DNA of 64,000 nucleotides from Trypanosoma brucei (lineage: Eukaryota): contig CP000067.1 in assembly GCA_000002445.1 (NCBI GenBank), forward strand, positions 160,001-224,000, written 5' to 3'. Made by a program: the position numbers and the translations under genes. The notes beneath the pieces are model-generated. The model had not been told where the DNA came from. It was given only the letters and a program-made list of their open reading frames with translations, and searched no databases. This document shows, piece by piece, positions 31,591 through 41,681 of the stretch. Position 1 is the first letter of the stretch. Every line of letters begins with the position of its first letter.

Positions 31591-33549
31591 TCAACGAGGT
31601 GAGACACTGCGCCCTCCCTGGAGTCTGAATGGCCGCCGCGAAGCATAATCTGTTGTCCCAAAGCAGAGTCTTAAGGAGGGGTTCAGGTTGACCTCTTTGG
31701 TCACTGCCGAAACCGTCTTCCCCTTGTAACCTGGACCGTCACCTGCCATGTTTGCGTAGTTAAATAAGCGCTCACGTTTCTCAGCATTGGCATTGAAGAA
31801 TCGAGCCTGCTCCCTCCGAAGTTGTGGATTGTACGAATAGATGCGGACTTGAGGTACTGGAGAGGCACCAAACTTCAATTTTGACTCTACTGCCTCGAGG
31901 CGGCGCTCCATTTGTATGGCCTCCTCGAGTGTGAGTCGGCCACTCTTAACTTCTTCCTTAAGCTGTGGAGGAATCTCTTCAATGTCTGAATGAAGCAACG
32001 CTTTCGATATGAGCTCCTTTATTTGAAGTGTATTTTCCTGTCTTGCATGCAATTCTAGCGCTCGCAGGTACCGCCTCACCTCCTCCAGTGTACCCATGTT
32101 GCGTGATGCCCCAATACCATCCAGAACATTTTGCAACAACACCTGAAGTGTGTTCAACTGTTCGTTAGTGTGCTGGCAGTGCTCGTACATAATCCTGTTC
32201 TCTTCGTGACCCACTCGCCACAACTCTTCAAGTGCATTAAGGTCAAACTCCACACTGCTCAGCGCTCTATCCACCATATGTAATACCTCTAGTTTACGAG
32301 TCTTTCTGCGCTCTGCACGGGCTTGATAAATGACGTTGATGGGTGCGCGGTGCACCAGAACCCTAGGTCGCATCTGTAGTGCCTTATTGCCCGCTATTGC
32401 GGCGTCTTCAACCTCATCCTCTATCAGCTGTGGCAGAAAACTCGTATCGTTCCCATGTACGGGGTGCAACCCCAGGTGCTGATGAATCAAGTTACCAACA
32501 GGACGCATAAAACACTTCCCAGGATAGCGGGACAACAAGCAACCCAGTAGGCAAGCTGCTGTGAATAAGAAATTTTCATCCGTTTCATCAAACTCTCCAA
32601 CCAAGTTGACAGATGTACCCTGCTTGTTCATCGCATGGATCATACCATGTGTTTGCTTACCACGCTCGTTCGATATCACGGGAAATATTAAACAACTATT
32701 CATCGCTTTCCAACCGCTTTGCTCAATCTCCTCATCAGCCTCCTTGCGATCCCGCTCGATCATGGTGATTTCCTGTCGTTTCCGCCCATTAACCGCGATG
32801 CAGCTCTGACAGACAGTACGGTGGACCTCCTTCGCAAGAATTAACTCCAAGTTCGTTCCCGCTAGCGGATCCCCCTTCGTCGCAGAAAAAGGGAAACGAG
32901 CACAGCAATTGAGGTTGCCATACTCATCGTAGAGGTAAATGCGAACAACTTCACATCGCAGCGAGACAGCAATTGACTCGGCAAATAATCCAGTAGTGGC
33001 TGACATCGCTTCCGTCACCGAAAGAACTCTTACCTCGGAAGTACCCTTCATCCCAGTTCCTCGTTTACCATTTTTGCCCTTTGCCATTGGCGGGCACTCC
33101 ACATTAGCCGGTGCCTGATGTGGAGGTGATTTATCCGGTTTCTGAGGCGATACGCCCAACGACGATGCTGACTTCTGCTGGCGGTACTGCACTTCATTTG
33201 CTTCCTCCATCTTGTGGAACGCAGACCTATAACCAGCCTCTACGTGCCTGTAAGCTTCACGTAGTTGCTGATTCATCATGGTATGAACATCTTTCAGTAA
33301 CTGCCCTACATGCGGCACCGCGTATTCCTCGCAGCGAACGGCTATTTCATTTAGTGTGAAACTTATTTCATCCGATACAAGGTCTAGTGTTGTGGGTAAT
33401 TTGTGTATCTTCTTTGACATAGCCGAGTGCTCGATTTCTAGTGTCTTCTTTAGCTCCATAACTTGCTTCACGCGCAGCTCCGCGTGCTTCATCTGCAACC
33501 GCTGCAAGAGAGGATCTTGCGCATCAGGAAGCACTTCCACAAAATCCAT
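31591..33549 (-). CDS. GAF-like domain protein with flanking coiled-coil regions and no attached catalytic domain.
   Basis: ATG at 33549. The central segment VTEAMSATTGLFAESIAVSLRCEVVRIYLYDEYGNL...LILAKEVHRTVCQSCIAVNG...NSCLIFPVISNERGKQTHGMIHAMNKQGTSVNLVGEFDETDENFLFTAACLLGCLL has the GAF pattern, ending in the typical ...F.e.De.fl...a...g.al tail. Confidence 0.6.
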   Translation of the reverse strand: MDFVEVLPDAQDPLLQRLQMKHAELRVKQVMELKKTLEIEHSAMSKKIHKLPTTLDLVSDEISFTLNEIAVRCEEYAVPHVGQLLKDVHTMMNQQLREAYRHVEAGYRSAFHKMEEANEVQYRQQKSASSLGVSPQKPDKSPPHQAPANVECPPMAKGKNGKRGTGMKGTSEVRVLSVTEAMSATTGLFAESIAVSLRCEVVRIYLYDEYGNLNCCARFPFSATKGDPLAGTNLELILAKEVHRTVCQSCIAVNGRKRQEITMIERDRKEADEEIEQSGWKAMNSCLIFPVISNERGKQTHGMIHAMNKQGTSVNLVGEFDETDENFLFTAACLLGCLLSRYPGKCFMRPVGNLIHQHLGLHPVHGNDTSFLPQLIEDEVEDAAIAGNKALQMRPRVLVHRAPINVIYQARAERRKTRKLEVLHMVDRALSSVEFDLNALEELWRVGHEENRIMYEHCQHTNEQLNTLQVLLQNVLDGIGASRNMGTLEEVRRYLRALELHARQENTLQIKELISKALLHSDIEEIPPQLKEEVKSGRLTLEEAIQMERRLEAVESKLKFGASPVPQVRIYSYNPQLRREQARFFNANAEKRERLFNYANMAGDGPGYKGKTVSAVTKEVNLNPSLRLCFGTTDYASRRPFRLQGGRSVSPR

Positions 33550-33833
33550 CGCTCCCCAAGAAACTAACTAAAGTGGTTCCACAACGGAATATATATTGTG
33601 TATAATGTTCGTGAACTTTGTTTCCCTCCCCCCCCCTCCGGTAGTCTTTGCTGACCTTCGCGGAATAAAAGTGACTGAAGAAAGAAGCGCGTGAATAACA
33701 TTAACAACAGCCTATTTCGGATGTCCATTCGGTATCACAGAGAGGAAAGGGAAAGATTAAATGTATGAACAGGAATGCAAGAAGCTTTCGAAAACACAGC
33801 AAATGACTCAATAGTCGATGTTTCAACTCTCAG

Positions 33834-34973
33834 CTACTTTAAATCGGAAACCAATGGCGTTAAGCGTGAAAAAACAACAGAGTGCCGTACGTTGTGTTGT
33901 TCTAGGCACCGCAACACACATCTTGCATCACGTAACGAAAACCGTCCGAGCAACGCCTCCGTACGGCTTAGAAGTGCAGGTAGTAACCGGCGCAGCTCGC
34001 GCGCACACGCTAACGCAATGCTATTATTCGCACGGGATACATTTAGCAACGCCACGTACTTACACACACTTCCCAGTTCAGTGGGTTTGAGCTCTACGCA
34101 TAAAACCGTGCATCGGTCGAGAACAGCGCCCGCGTACGCCTCATGGCAGCAGTTTAATAGCGATATAGCCTCCAATGCGTAAATGACATCTCTCACTGTG
34201 TATGAATTCACTGTCACCGTTGCCCGGCGTGAGATGCAACGAACAACATCTACACTACTTCGCTCACGTAGTCGCACCATGGATGAAAGCACAGTGAGTG
34301 ATTGGCGTGAGTCGAGGGTGGCACCAAGCAGACGGAACAACATATTGTCAAGTGACGGGATGGGCATACGACAGCGCTTTACAAGAAGGGAGATGAGACG
34401 TAAAACACAAACAAGTTCTTCCAAGGAGGCCCTTAGCGTGTACTGCTTTCCTGTTACCCATCCGCAGAGTTGACGTAATGTTTGTGTGTCCCCCAACTCT
34501 AGGTCTACCGCTACAGTAAGCAGAACCATGCATTCCTCAGGGCCTGTTACAAAAGAGGCACTACGCTGAAGCAAAGCGCAGAGCCAATCGTTCACACCAG
34601 GAGAGAAAAAAGGTGAAACACCCGACCATTCGTCATCTTGCTTGAAACCTGCCGTCCCTTGTTGTACTTTCCTTCCAAGATACCGCGCAGATTTAGCCAA
34701 AGATGTTAACATAAGAAAACAGTCCCCTCGTCCACACTCACCCAACCAATTGGTGTACTCCCCCTCAATTTTCCGAACCACGCCGCGGATACGTTTACGC
34801 TTGATAGATTCCGGATTGTCCCCCTCAACAACCTTGCAAAGAAGCCTCGCGTGATCAACAGCACCGTGCGGTACCTCAACGTTGCCAGATGCTGAACAAA
34901 CCCTCAGCCCCATCCGCGACACCGTAAACCGATGAAAGACCGTAAAGTGGGTTGCAATTGGAATGCGCCGCAT
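33834..34973 (-). CDS. Hypothetical helical-repeat protein with a probable mitochondrial presequence.
   Basis: ATG at 34973. The N-terminus MRRIPIATHFTVFHRFTVSRMGLRV is Arg-rich and amphipathic. The remainder is Leu-rich and helical. No family assigned. Confidence 0.55.
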   Translation of the reverse strand: MRRIPIATHFTVFHRFTVSRMGLRVCSASGNVEVPHGAVDHARLLCKVVEGDNPESIKRKRIRGVVRKIEGEYTNWLGECGRGDCFLMLTSLAKSARYLGRKVQQGTAGFKQDDEWSGVSPFFSPGVNDWLCALLQRSASFVTGPEECMVLLTVAVDLELGDTQTLRQLCGWVTGKQYTLRASLEELVCVLRLISLLVKRCRMPIPSLDNMLFRLLGATLDSRQSLTVLSSMVRLRERSSVDVVRCISRRATVTVNSYTVRDVIYALEAISLLNCCHEAYAGAVLDRCTVLCVELKPTELGSVCKYVALLNVSRANNSIALACARELRRLLPALLSRTEALLGRFSLRDARCVLRCLEQHNVRHSVVFSRLTPLVSDLK

Positions 34974-35567
34974 CTTTCATTGCTAAACTATAACCAAACA
35001 CATCACAAAGAAAAAGAAAAAAAAAAGAAACGACAACAATAACAATAACAAGAGGTAATATATATATATATAATAGGGGTAGGAATCGGAGACTTAGAAA
35101 TTTAAAAATAGTGCAGAATAAATTCAAGAGCGGAGACAAGAATCAAAAAGTACAGAGTTGCCATTCACGTAGCTTACAAGGACGCACCTCAGGGAAATAT
35201 TAACGACGCGTAAAGAACTCGAGAGGCGTTTGTGCCGGGGAGAAGCGCTTCACCAAACAAAATATCTGCATGGTGGTTTCCCAAACCAGTCGGTAGAGAA
35301 GGCATAGACCAACATAAAGGTTTGCCGACGAATTTGAACGGGGCAAATAATATTTTTTTAAAAAAAAAGGGAAACTAGGCACTCGAAACAACCATACCGT
35401 CTACAAAATTTAGCCTCAACGTACCTCCATGCACACACACACACAAAAGAAAAAGAAAAAAAAGGGATAAATAGTGTGGCGAGAGCAGTTCCTTGCAAGG
35501 AGCACAACCATCCCCATACAGCCCATCAACGTTACTTCACCGGCATATTACAAAATAAGGCAGTTCT

Positions 35568-36566
35568 TCACGCACAGGTACGCTTCCTACCGACATGCAG
35601 CCCAGCACTCTCCGGAACCCCTAAGCTCTCAAGAACATCATAAGGCATTGCATAAACTGGATTGATATCCCTAAGCGGATAGTCCTCGTATCCCAAGAGG
35701 CTGAGGCCACAAAGTCCGTAAAATGTATGATACACGTCCGCTTGGTTACCGGGTTTATCAGCAATACCGCCATCTTCCGAGTCCTGGCAAGCAAGTACAA
35801 AGCGGAAAAGTGCATGACGGTCGATCCACTCAGTATAACCTAACATCGATAGGGATGACACAACCCACCAACTGTAGCACACGTCAGCCTTTTTCTCCGG
35901 GCGACCGTTTAACCCACCCGACGGCAACTGACGCATTGCCAACCAACCCGCAAGTTGCTCCTTATCTATGCGATCCAGAGCTCCAGCAATACGAAGAGAT
36001 CCAACGCAGCAAAATATTTGACCGGCGTGGCTTTCAGCACCTGGTGCGAGACCGAACCCACCATCCCAATTCTGGCACCGCAACATCCATTCCACCGCAG
36101 CCTTCACGTTTATGAGTTCCAGTTTCCCCAAGAGCTGCAAGCAATTCATTGCCACGTAGACAAATCGTGTATCAACTTCTCCCCACTCGTCTCCCTGAAA
36201 GGAGCCATCAGGTAGCTGCATAGAAGCAACCCAGCGAGCACACTTCTCTGCATCAATGGCGTCTGTAGCATGCAACAAGCACAGGAGTTGCACCGCACTT
36301 AAGGTGTACAACATGTGGGAATCCTGCCCAATGTTCCCACCGAACCCACCGTCACTGTTCCAGCATTTGACAACAAAATCAACCAACTCCTCCCGCTTCA
36401 AAATGTCGTCATGGCCCAACAACTTCATGGCACCTAAACACCAAAAGACACCGTTCATTTTTAGATGTTGCGATGTCCAGTACTTCATTTTATCTTTGTG
36501 GTCATCTAATTTGGTTAGGAAGCGGAGGTGTAAGTCCGCCAAAAGTGTGTTTGGCGCTCCAAACAT
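35568..36566 (-). CDS. RABGGTB: Rab geranylgeranyltransferase (GGTase-II) beta subunit.
   Basis: Track start is TTG; the first ATG is at 36566 (MFGAPNTLLADLHLRFL...). There are multiple prenyltransferase alpha-alpha toroid repeats (DGGFGG, DGSFQGDEWGEVDTRFVYVA, WDGGFGLAPGAESHAGQIFCCVGSL, PSGGLNGRPEKKADVCYSWWVVSSL, DGGIADKPGNQADVYHTFYGLCGLSLLG). Confidence 0.9.
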   Translation of the reverse strand: MFGAPNTLLADLHLRFLTKLDDHKDKMKYWTSQHLKMNGVFWCLGAMKLLGHDDILKREELVDFVVKCWNSDGGFGGNIGQDSHMLYTLSAVQLLCLLHATDAIDAEKCARWVASMQLPDGSFQGDEWGEVDTRFVYVAMNCLQLLGKLELINVKAAVEWMLRCQNWDGGFGLAPGAESHAGQIFCCVGSLRIAGALDRIDKEQLAGWLAMRQLPSGGLNGRPEKKADVCYSWWVVSSLSMLGYTEWIDRHALFRFVLACQDSEDGGIADKPGNQADVYHTFYGLCGLSLLGYEDYPLRDINPVYAMPYDVLESLGVPESAGLHVGRKRTCA

Positions 36567-36847
36567 ACGAACTGACAAAAATCTCAAAAAGAAAGAAAAA
36601 GAAAAATTGAGGGCAGCGATGGTTGCAAGTAAGTTGTGCAGGGGAAGGCAGAGTCAACCAGTGAGAAGATTTCGCATGGTTTCAAGTACTGTAGCTCAAA
36701 GGAATCGCCGTGAGTGACTTGTTCAAGTAGACGAGCGAGGCCGAAAACGGAAAGAACGTCAACATGGCAGCAGAACCCAGAGGAAAATGCGCATTTTCCT
36801 CCTTTCTCTTTCCTCCTACGTGCCACCTCGGACCACCTCATTTACAC

Positions 36848-37600
36848 CTACGTAAACGGGCTAACGGCACGCTTAGCGACTGACCTTACAGCATGAGCCA
36901 TGTTGTAGTGTAACCTCTCATCATGTAGCGACGTGGCTGCGGAGTCACTAAGAAACTCAACAAGTGCCTTCTTCACTTCGGGATCCCGCAGGAGTCCCTT
37001 TACAAGATCCTTCGCAATCAAGCGCACCTGCTCCTGTATCCATGGGTCAAGCAGCGTCATAAGTACGAATTTTTTAGTGACCTCCTGCGTGTAGTGATCC
37101 TCAAATAAAGACCGGAGGAACGAAGAAACGGCAATCATGCTATCGTCCTCCTGCAGAACCCGCACCACTAACCCAACAACAAGTTCCACCGACTTTTGAT
37201 CCTTCAAGACACTCTCTACAACCTCTTTTGACAAATTCGTCGCCCGCTCGCGCAAACGCGCATCCCCCAAAGCCTCTGAAGCCACCGCGGCTGTATGGTG
37301 AACGGTATCATCTTTCATGGAAACATAAAGAAAGAAACCAACGGCGCCAATACCCGTCACTGCGCCAATACTCGCGACAAGGCCCTGCTGCCATGATGAG
37401 AAAAGACATCTCCAGAAACCCTCCGGTGCCGCATTAACCGCAACCGTTTGGTGAACACCTGATGAGGCACCGGCGCCACCACCAGCCGAATTCGCTTCCG
37501 CACCCGCAAACCGAAAACATTCGCGTCTCGGGGGAAACCACCGGTACGCGGCAGACGCACCCGTGAAGATGCTCCAAACATAAGTTTGCCGCCTCATCAT
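36848..37600 (-). CDS. Hypothetical membrane protein with a probable mitochondrial presequence.
   Basis: The track ORF extends to 37690 only by reading through a (CAA)n microsatellite from a TTG, which produces an artefactual poly-Leu N-terminus. The first ATGs are at 37600/37597 (MMRRQTYVWSIF...). One TM: GAVTGIGAVGFFLYV. A strong sense-strand polyY tract lies immediately upstream. Confidence 0.6.
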   Translation of the reverse strand: MMRRQTYVWSIFTGASAAYRWFPPRRECFRFAGAEANSAGGGAGASSGVHQTVAVNAAPEGFWRCLFSSWQQGLVASIGAVTGIGAVGFFLYVSMKDDTVHHTAAVASEALGDARLRERATNLSKEVVESVLKDQKSVELVVGLVVRVLQEDDSMIAVSSFLRSLFEDHYTQEVTKKFVLMTLLDPWIQEQVRLIAKDLVKGLLRDPEVKKALVEFLSDSAATSLHDERLHYNMAHAVRSVAKRAVSPFT

Positions 37601-37645
37601 GTCTGCGACGTCACACACGCACACGCACAAATTAAAAAAAAAATG

Positions 37646-37686
37646 ACAACACAACAACAACAACAACAACAATAATAATAATAACA
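37646..37686. repeat. (CAA)n then (TAA)n microsatellite in the 5' flank of the 36848..37600 gene.
   Basis: acaacacaacaacaacaacaacaacaataataataataa. It is the source of the artefactual poly-Leu in track ORF 36848..37690. Confidence 0.9.
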
Positions 37687-37690
37687 GCAA

Positions 37691-37770
37691 AAAAGAGCAA
37701 TTAGGGTAATTAATGTCACTGTAAGTTTTTTTTTAAAAAAAAAGAAAGAAACAAAGAAAAGAGAGAAAAG
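37691..37770 (-). promoter_or_regulatory. Sense-strand polypyrimidine tract (candidate spliced-leader trans-splicing signal) upstream of the 36848..37600 gene.
   Basis: The reverse complement of this interval is ...cttttctctcttttctttgtttctttctttttttttaaaaaaaaaacttacag..., about 90-170 nt 5' of the ATG at 37600. In kinetoplastids a polyY tract precedes the AG SL-acceptor. Confidence 0.45.
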
Positions 37771-37774
37771 AGGT

Positions 37775-37816
37775 TTAGAATTAGGATTAGGATTAAGCTT
37801 AGGCTTAGGCTTAGAA
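37775..37816. repeat. Degenerate telomere-like hexamer array (TTAGGN)7: TTAGAA TTAGGA TTAGGA TTAAGC TTAGGC TTAGGC TTAGAA.
   Basis: Read directly at 37775-37816. Exact TTAGGG hexamers also occur nearby at 37701-37706 and 37871-37876. Confidence 0.8.
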
Positions 37817-40517
37817 AGTATGAGAAAACGACAACATCAAGGGGTTAGCGAGCCGCCATCTCTACAAGATTAGGGAGAAAAAGAAAGATGACACCTTCCC
37901 TTATCAATACTTACTGATTTCAAGATAGGGAAAGAGAAGAAAAGGTGCATGAATATATATAAATATAAATATATATATATATACGCAAATATATTAAGCA
38001 TAATACACAGGGTACAAAAAAACCTGCTAACCACCATACGAAGTGTGCGAAATAAGCATACGACCACGTGGAGACGAGAAAGGGAGAAAGGAGGATCACC
38101 ATTCAGGGAAACAAAAAAAAACAAAAAAATTAGAATAATAGAAATAATGAAGTATTGGCTTCCCTATAAAGCAAGTTTATTCGTTTTGCTTTGTTTGTTT
38201 GTTTATTTTCGGTCAGTTGTCGTTCAAAAATAGTGATAGCAGTATTAATATCAGCAAAAAAAAATGACTAAAACAAGTTCGGATAGTAAAGGTTCACGTT
38301 GGTCTTTTTTGTCTATGTGAGTTGTAAAACACAAACCGTGCGAATTTAGTAACTAATTCCTTCTCCTCCTTTACTAGACATAAACACAATTGGGTACATA
38401 AACCCGTTTTCACTAAACTCATTATTTTTTAATTCCTCCTTTAGGTCACATACTGTTATTCATTTATTTACACATTCATCAAAACTCTGTCTTTCTCTCT
38501 TTTTTTTCTTTTTCCTTACTCACCAATATCACTACCGTTTCTCTCATCAACATCTTTAGATGCGATCTCTCCAACTGATTCCTTATCGGTCCTTTTCCCT
38601 TCCCCCTCTCTCCTTTTTTTTTTTCTTCCTATTCAATTTTTCTTTCTTTACTTTTTTTCTAAAAAAAAAAAAGTAAAGAACACGTCCATTTTGGTTTACA
38701 TTTCGATTTTTAAAGTGATTAAAAAAAAAACACACAAAAAAAAAGGAGGAAGGGAAATGTGACTATTCTACCTCTGCGTGCAAACATGAGCCAAATATCA
38801 AAATATATTTATTGAGTATAGGCACGACAAAAGCGAAAAAGATGGCTTCAGGGGTTTCCACTAGTTAATTATTTTTTTCTTAAAAATAAAAAAAAGGAAG
38901 GCATCAACAATATAATGAAGGAACCATTGAAATTAACAAAATGAGGGATGATAATTCAGTGATTCTTCTGTTTAAAAAAAAAACACATGAGCCCGTTTGT
39001 ATTTGTTTAAGTGTGAAGATAAACAATCCACATGTATGCATTCTTTAGCGTATGTAAGTGCGGAACGTTTAAACGAGATCATGACATATGGGAACCAAAT
39101 ACAGAACATTTAAAAAAAACAATTAAATGAGGAAAAAAAAAAGAAAAAAGAAAAAAAAATACAACACAAATACAAATACAATGAGCCCGGGGAGTGTCAG
39201 CTCCCAAAAGTATGAAGTCAGGCTGATTTGCCACTATGCCTTTGGAAGCACGTACACATTTTTGGAAATAACACAAAGTGAAAAAAAAAGTGTGTGAGAA
39301 AACGAAAAGGTGGAAAAAAAATTTAGTTATAATAATGACGAGGTACCAAAACAGAGAGTTGGTTTGAATTATGTTTCTGTAATTATTTATTCATCAGTTA
39401 ATATTATTAATATTAATAAAGTAAGGCGCAGAGTTAGCCCCTTCTTTCCCTCAAAAAAGGGGAAAAGCATATATATATATATATCATGCACTCACGAAGA
39501 AATTCAAAACAAAAAAACGCAAATAGTTGGACGCAAACACACATACAGAAAAAGTGACAGTTCCTCTTCTCCTCATTCTTCGGCGTTATCATCGTTAACG
39601 TTATTATTCTCTTCAGTACCCTCCATTTATGAATGTGAAAATGAACATGTCATATAAATGTAAATGCAGGTGTTATTCCTTTTTTGTTTTTTTTGTTTTT
39701 TTTCTTTTTCGTTTTCTTTTTTTATTTTTCTTACTTTTCTTTTCCCTTTACTTTTTGTTGTTGTTGCTGAACCATCAAACAGCATATATGAGTGGAGTCT
39801 CAGTGAATTACTACGACACAGTGATCTCAATAACTTCAGTAAAGTCTGTGGAAGTAAACAAACTCAAAAAGAGGGGTAAAAACAAAAGAAAAAAATTTTT
39901 TTTGACTCTCAAACTGATTAAATGAATATTATTATTATTATTTTTGTAAGGAAAGGCAATGAATTTTTTCCTTTTTTTTCTTTTCAAATGCAAATCCAAG
40001 CCAGTCAACCACTTTAATCAGTAACTCTTAATTAATATTTATCGCCAAGTAGTGGAGAAAAGAAAATGAAAGAAAATATAACTAAAAAAAAGTAGTAGTA
40101 GTAGTAATAGGAGGAGGACATGTACACATGTGTAGGTGGATCCATCACACAAGCCATTCGCAACTTCTTGGAGGTACAAAAAAACAAAAAGAAAAAGAAA
40201 AAAAAGATCTGGCATTTAATAGTTGGGTTTCATCATCGTCTCTTCTTATGCCTCATCCATCATTCATTTCCCCCTTGGCTTCCCCCACGTATGTAAGTAT
40301 ATGTATGTGTAAGTATCCATTTTTACGAACATAGATATAATATGCCCTCTTGCTCTCTTGTTGTTTTTACTGATTTTTCTTTTCTTTTCTCCCCTCTTTC
40401 CTTGTGTTCACTTTTTGGGTCATATTTCTTCGATTTCTGATCTTTATCTTTTCTTAAGCAAAACAAAAAAAGAGATAAAGGCGTCATAGGCAACTTCACC
40501 AGGGAGATTTCAATTTA

Positions 40518-40518
40518 A

Positions 40519-40561
<43 letters not shown>
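40518..40561. repeat. (TAA)~13 microsatellite.
   Basis: aaaataataataataataataataataataataataataataatag, read directly. Confidence 0.9.
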
Positions 40562-40856
40562 GACCCCGCTTTTGCTTGTCACCTCCCTGTAATCGCCAAA
40601 CCCTCCATCCCGCCACGCTCGACACGCGGCAGCTCACCCACTTCCCTCAAACGAAACCAAATGATATCCGCTTCAAAAATGCTTCCGAAGCAAAGGTATT
40701 TCCATTCCATCAAACATCAAACAACCCCACGACTATAAACAAGTCGCATGAGCAACTGAAAAGAAAAAGTTATTACGGAGCATTGTCATTACCGCCGTGT
40801 CATCGTGGAAAAGAGGCTTCGCCACATTACTGATGTTACGAAGGGCTGCACAGTCA

Positions 40857-41681
40857 TCATCCAAAGGGAGGAAACCCCCCGCTTCCTCCACAAGAAAACA
40901 ATCGTTCCACACATTCCTTTGCTACACTTCTCATGTTCAAAATGCTGTTAGAGGAGAGGGAGGGGGAAGACGTCCCGCCCCGTCCCGTTGGGACTTCAGT
41001 TGTGTTTATGTAATGCGTTATTGCATATGGCATGTCATTTGCGCGTAATAATTCTGCTTCCTCCTCCGTTCCCGCTTCTCTCGTGGATTCAATCCGTGTT
41101 AGGAATAACCACGTCTCTGCACGTCTAATATATTCAGGGGGGACGGGAGCCATGAGGATAACACGTGGAGCCGCCCTCTGTGACGCTCGAATGGCTTCAA
41201 AAAGACTCTGCGCAGACCTCAACAAACTCAAACGTCCCGTGGGGGTTTCTGAACCCTTAACATCGACAACTGCATCGCAGTCGAGGACCGCATGAGACAA
41301 TTCATCAGAATGAAAGAGCAATAGATGTCCCGGATATTCTTCGCATTCTTTTCTTAGGCGGAGCAGTAGCGCTTCGTCGCTGTAGCTGCTCTGAAGCACT
41401 CGAACGTCGCACCCTTTTGCCAGAATCGATGTGATGAGCTGCATCGACATGTCTTTTACATTTCCAAGAAGAAGAACCCGACGTGGGGGACTGGGTAAGA
41501 GCCGCCTCCCATTTTCCCTCTCATGATCTCTGTTAGTGGTGGATACATTATTGAGGTTAAGAGCGCTGGGAAGCACTTCCGAAAAGAGTGGTCGCTGTAG
41601 CGGGGTGACCGGGACGCGGTTAAAATCAAACAACTCAGTTCCCTCACCGAGTGCGCGAGGGTACTCGTAGAATATAGTCAT
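40857..41681 (-). CDS. Hypothetical protein, possibly a degenerate Rossmann/NmrA-like fold.
   Basis: Track start is TTG; the first ATG is at 41681 (MTIFYEYPRALGEG...). The segment RRVLLLGNVKDMSMQLITSILAKGCDVRVL is weakly Rossmann-like and lacks a clean GxxGxxG. Confidence 0.5.
   Translation of the reverse strand: MTIFYEYPRALGEGTELFDFNRVPVTPLQRPLFSEVLPSALNLNNVSTTNRDHERENGRRLLPSPPRRVLLLGNVKDMSMQLITSILAKGCDVRVLQSSYSDEALLLRLRKECEEYPGHLLLFHSDELSHAVLDCDAVVDVKGSETPTGRLSLLRSAQSLFEAIRASQRAAPRVILMAPVPPEYIRRAETWLFLTRIESTREAGTEEEAELLRANDMPYAITHYINTTEVPTGRGGTSSPSLSSNSILNMRSVAKECVERLFSCGGSGGFPPFG

Noticed and set aside
38940-38975. C/D-box snoRNA-like motifs (GGATGATAA...CTG at 38940-38975; ATGAGCGAAATGCTCGCTGA at about 30767-30790).
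   Set aside because: The boxes are imperfect (no exact RUGAUGA together with CUGA at the right spacing, no terminal stem), so a call cannot be supported by eye. They are flagged only as places to run snoscan or Infernal.
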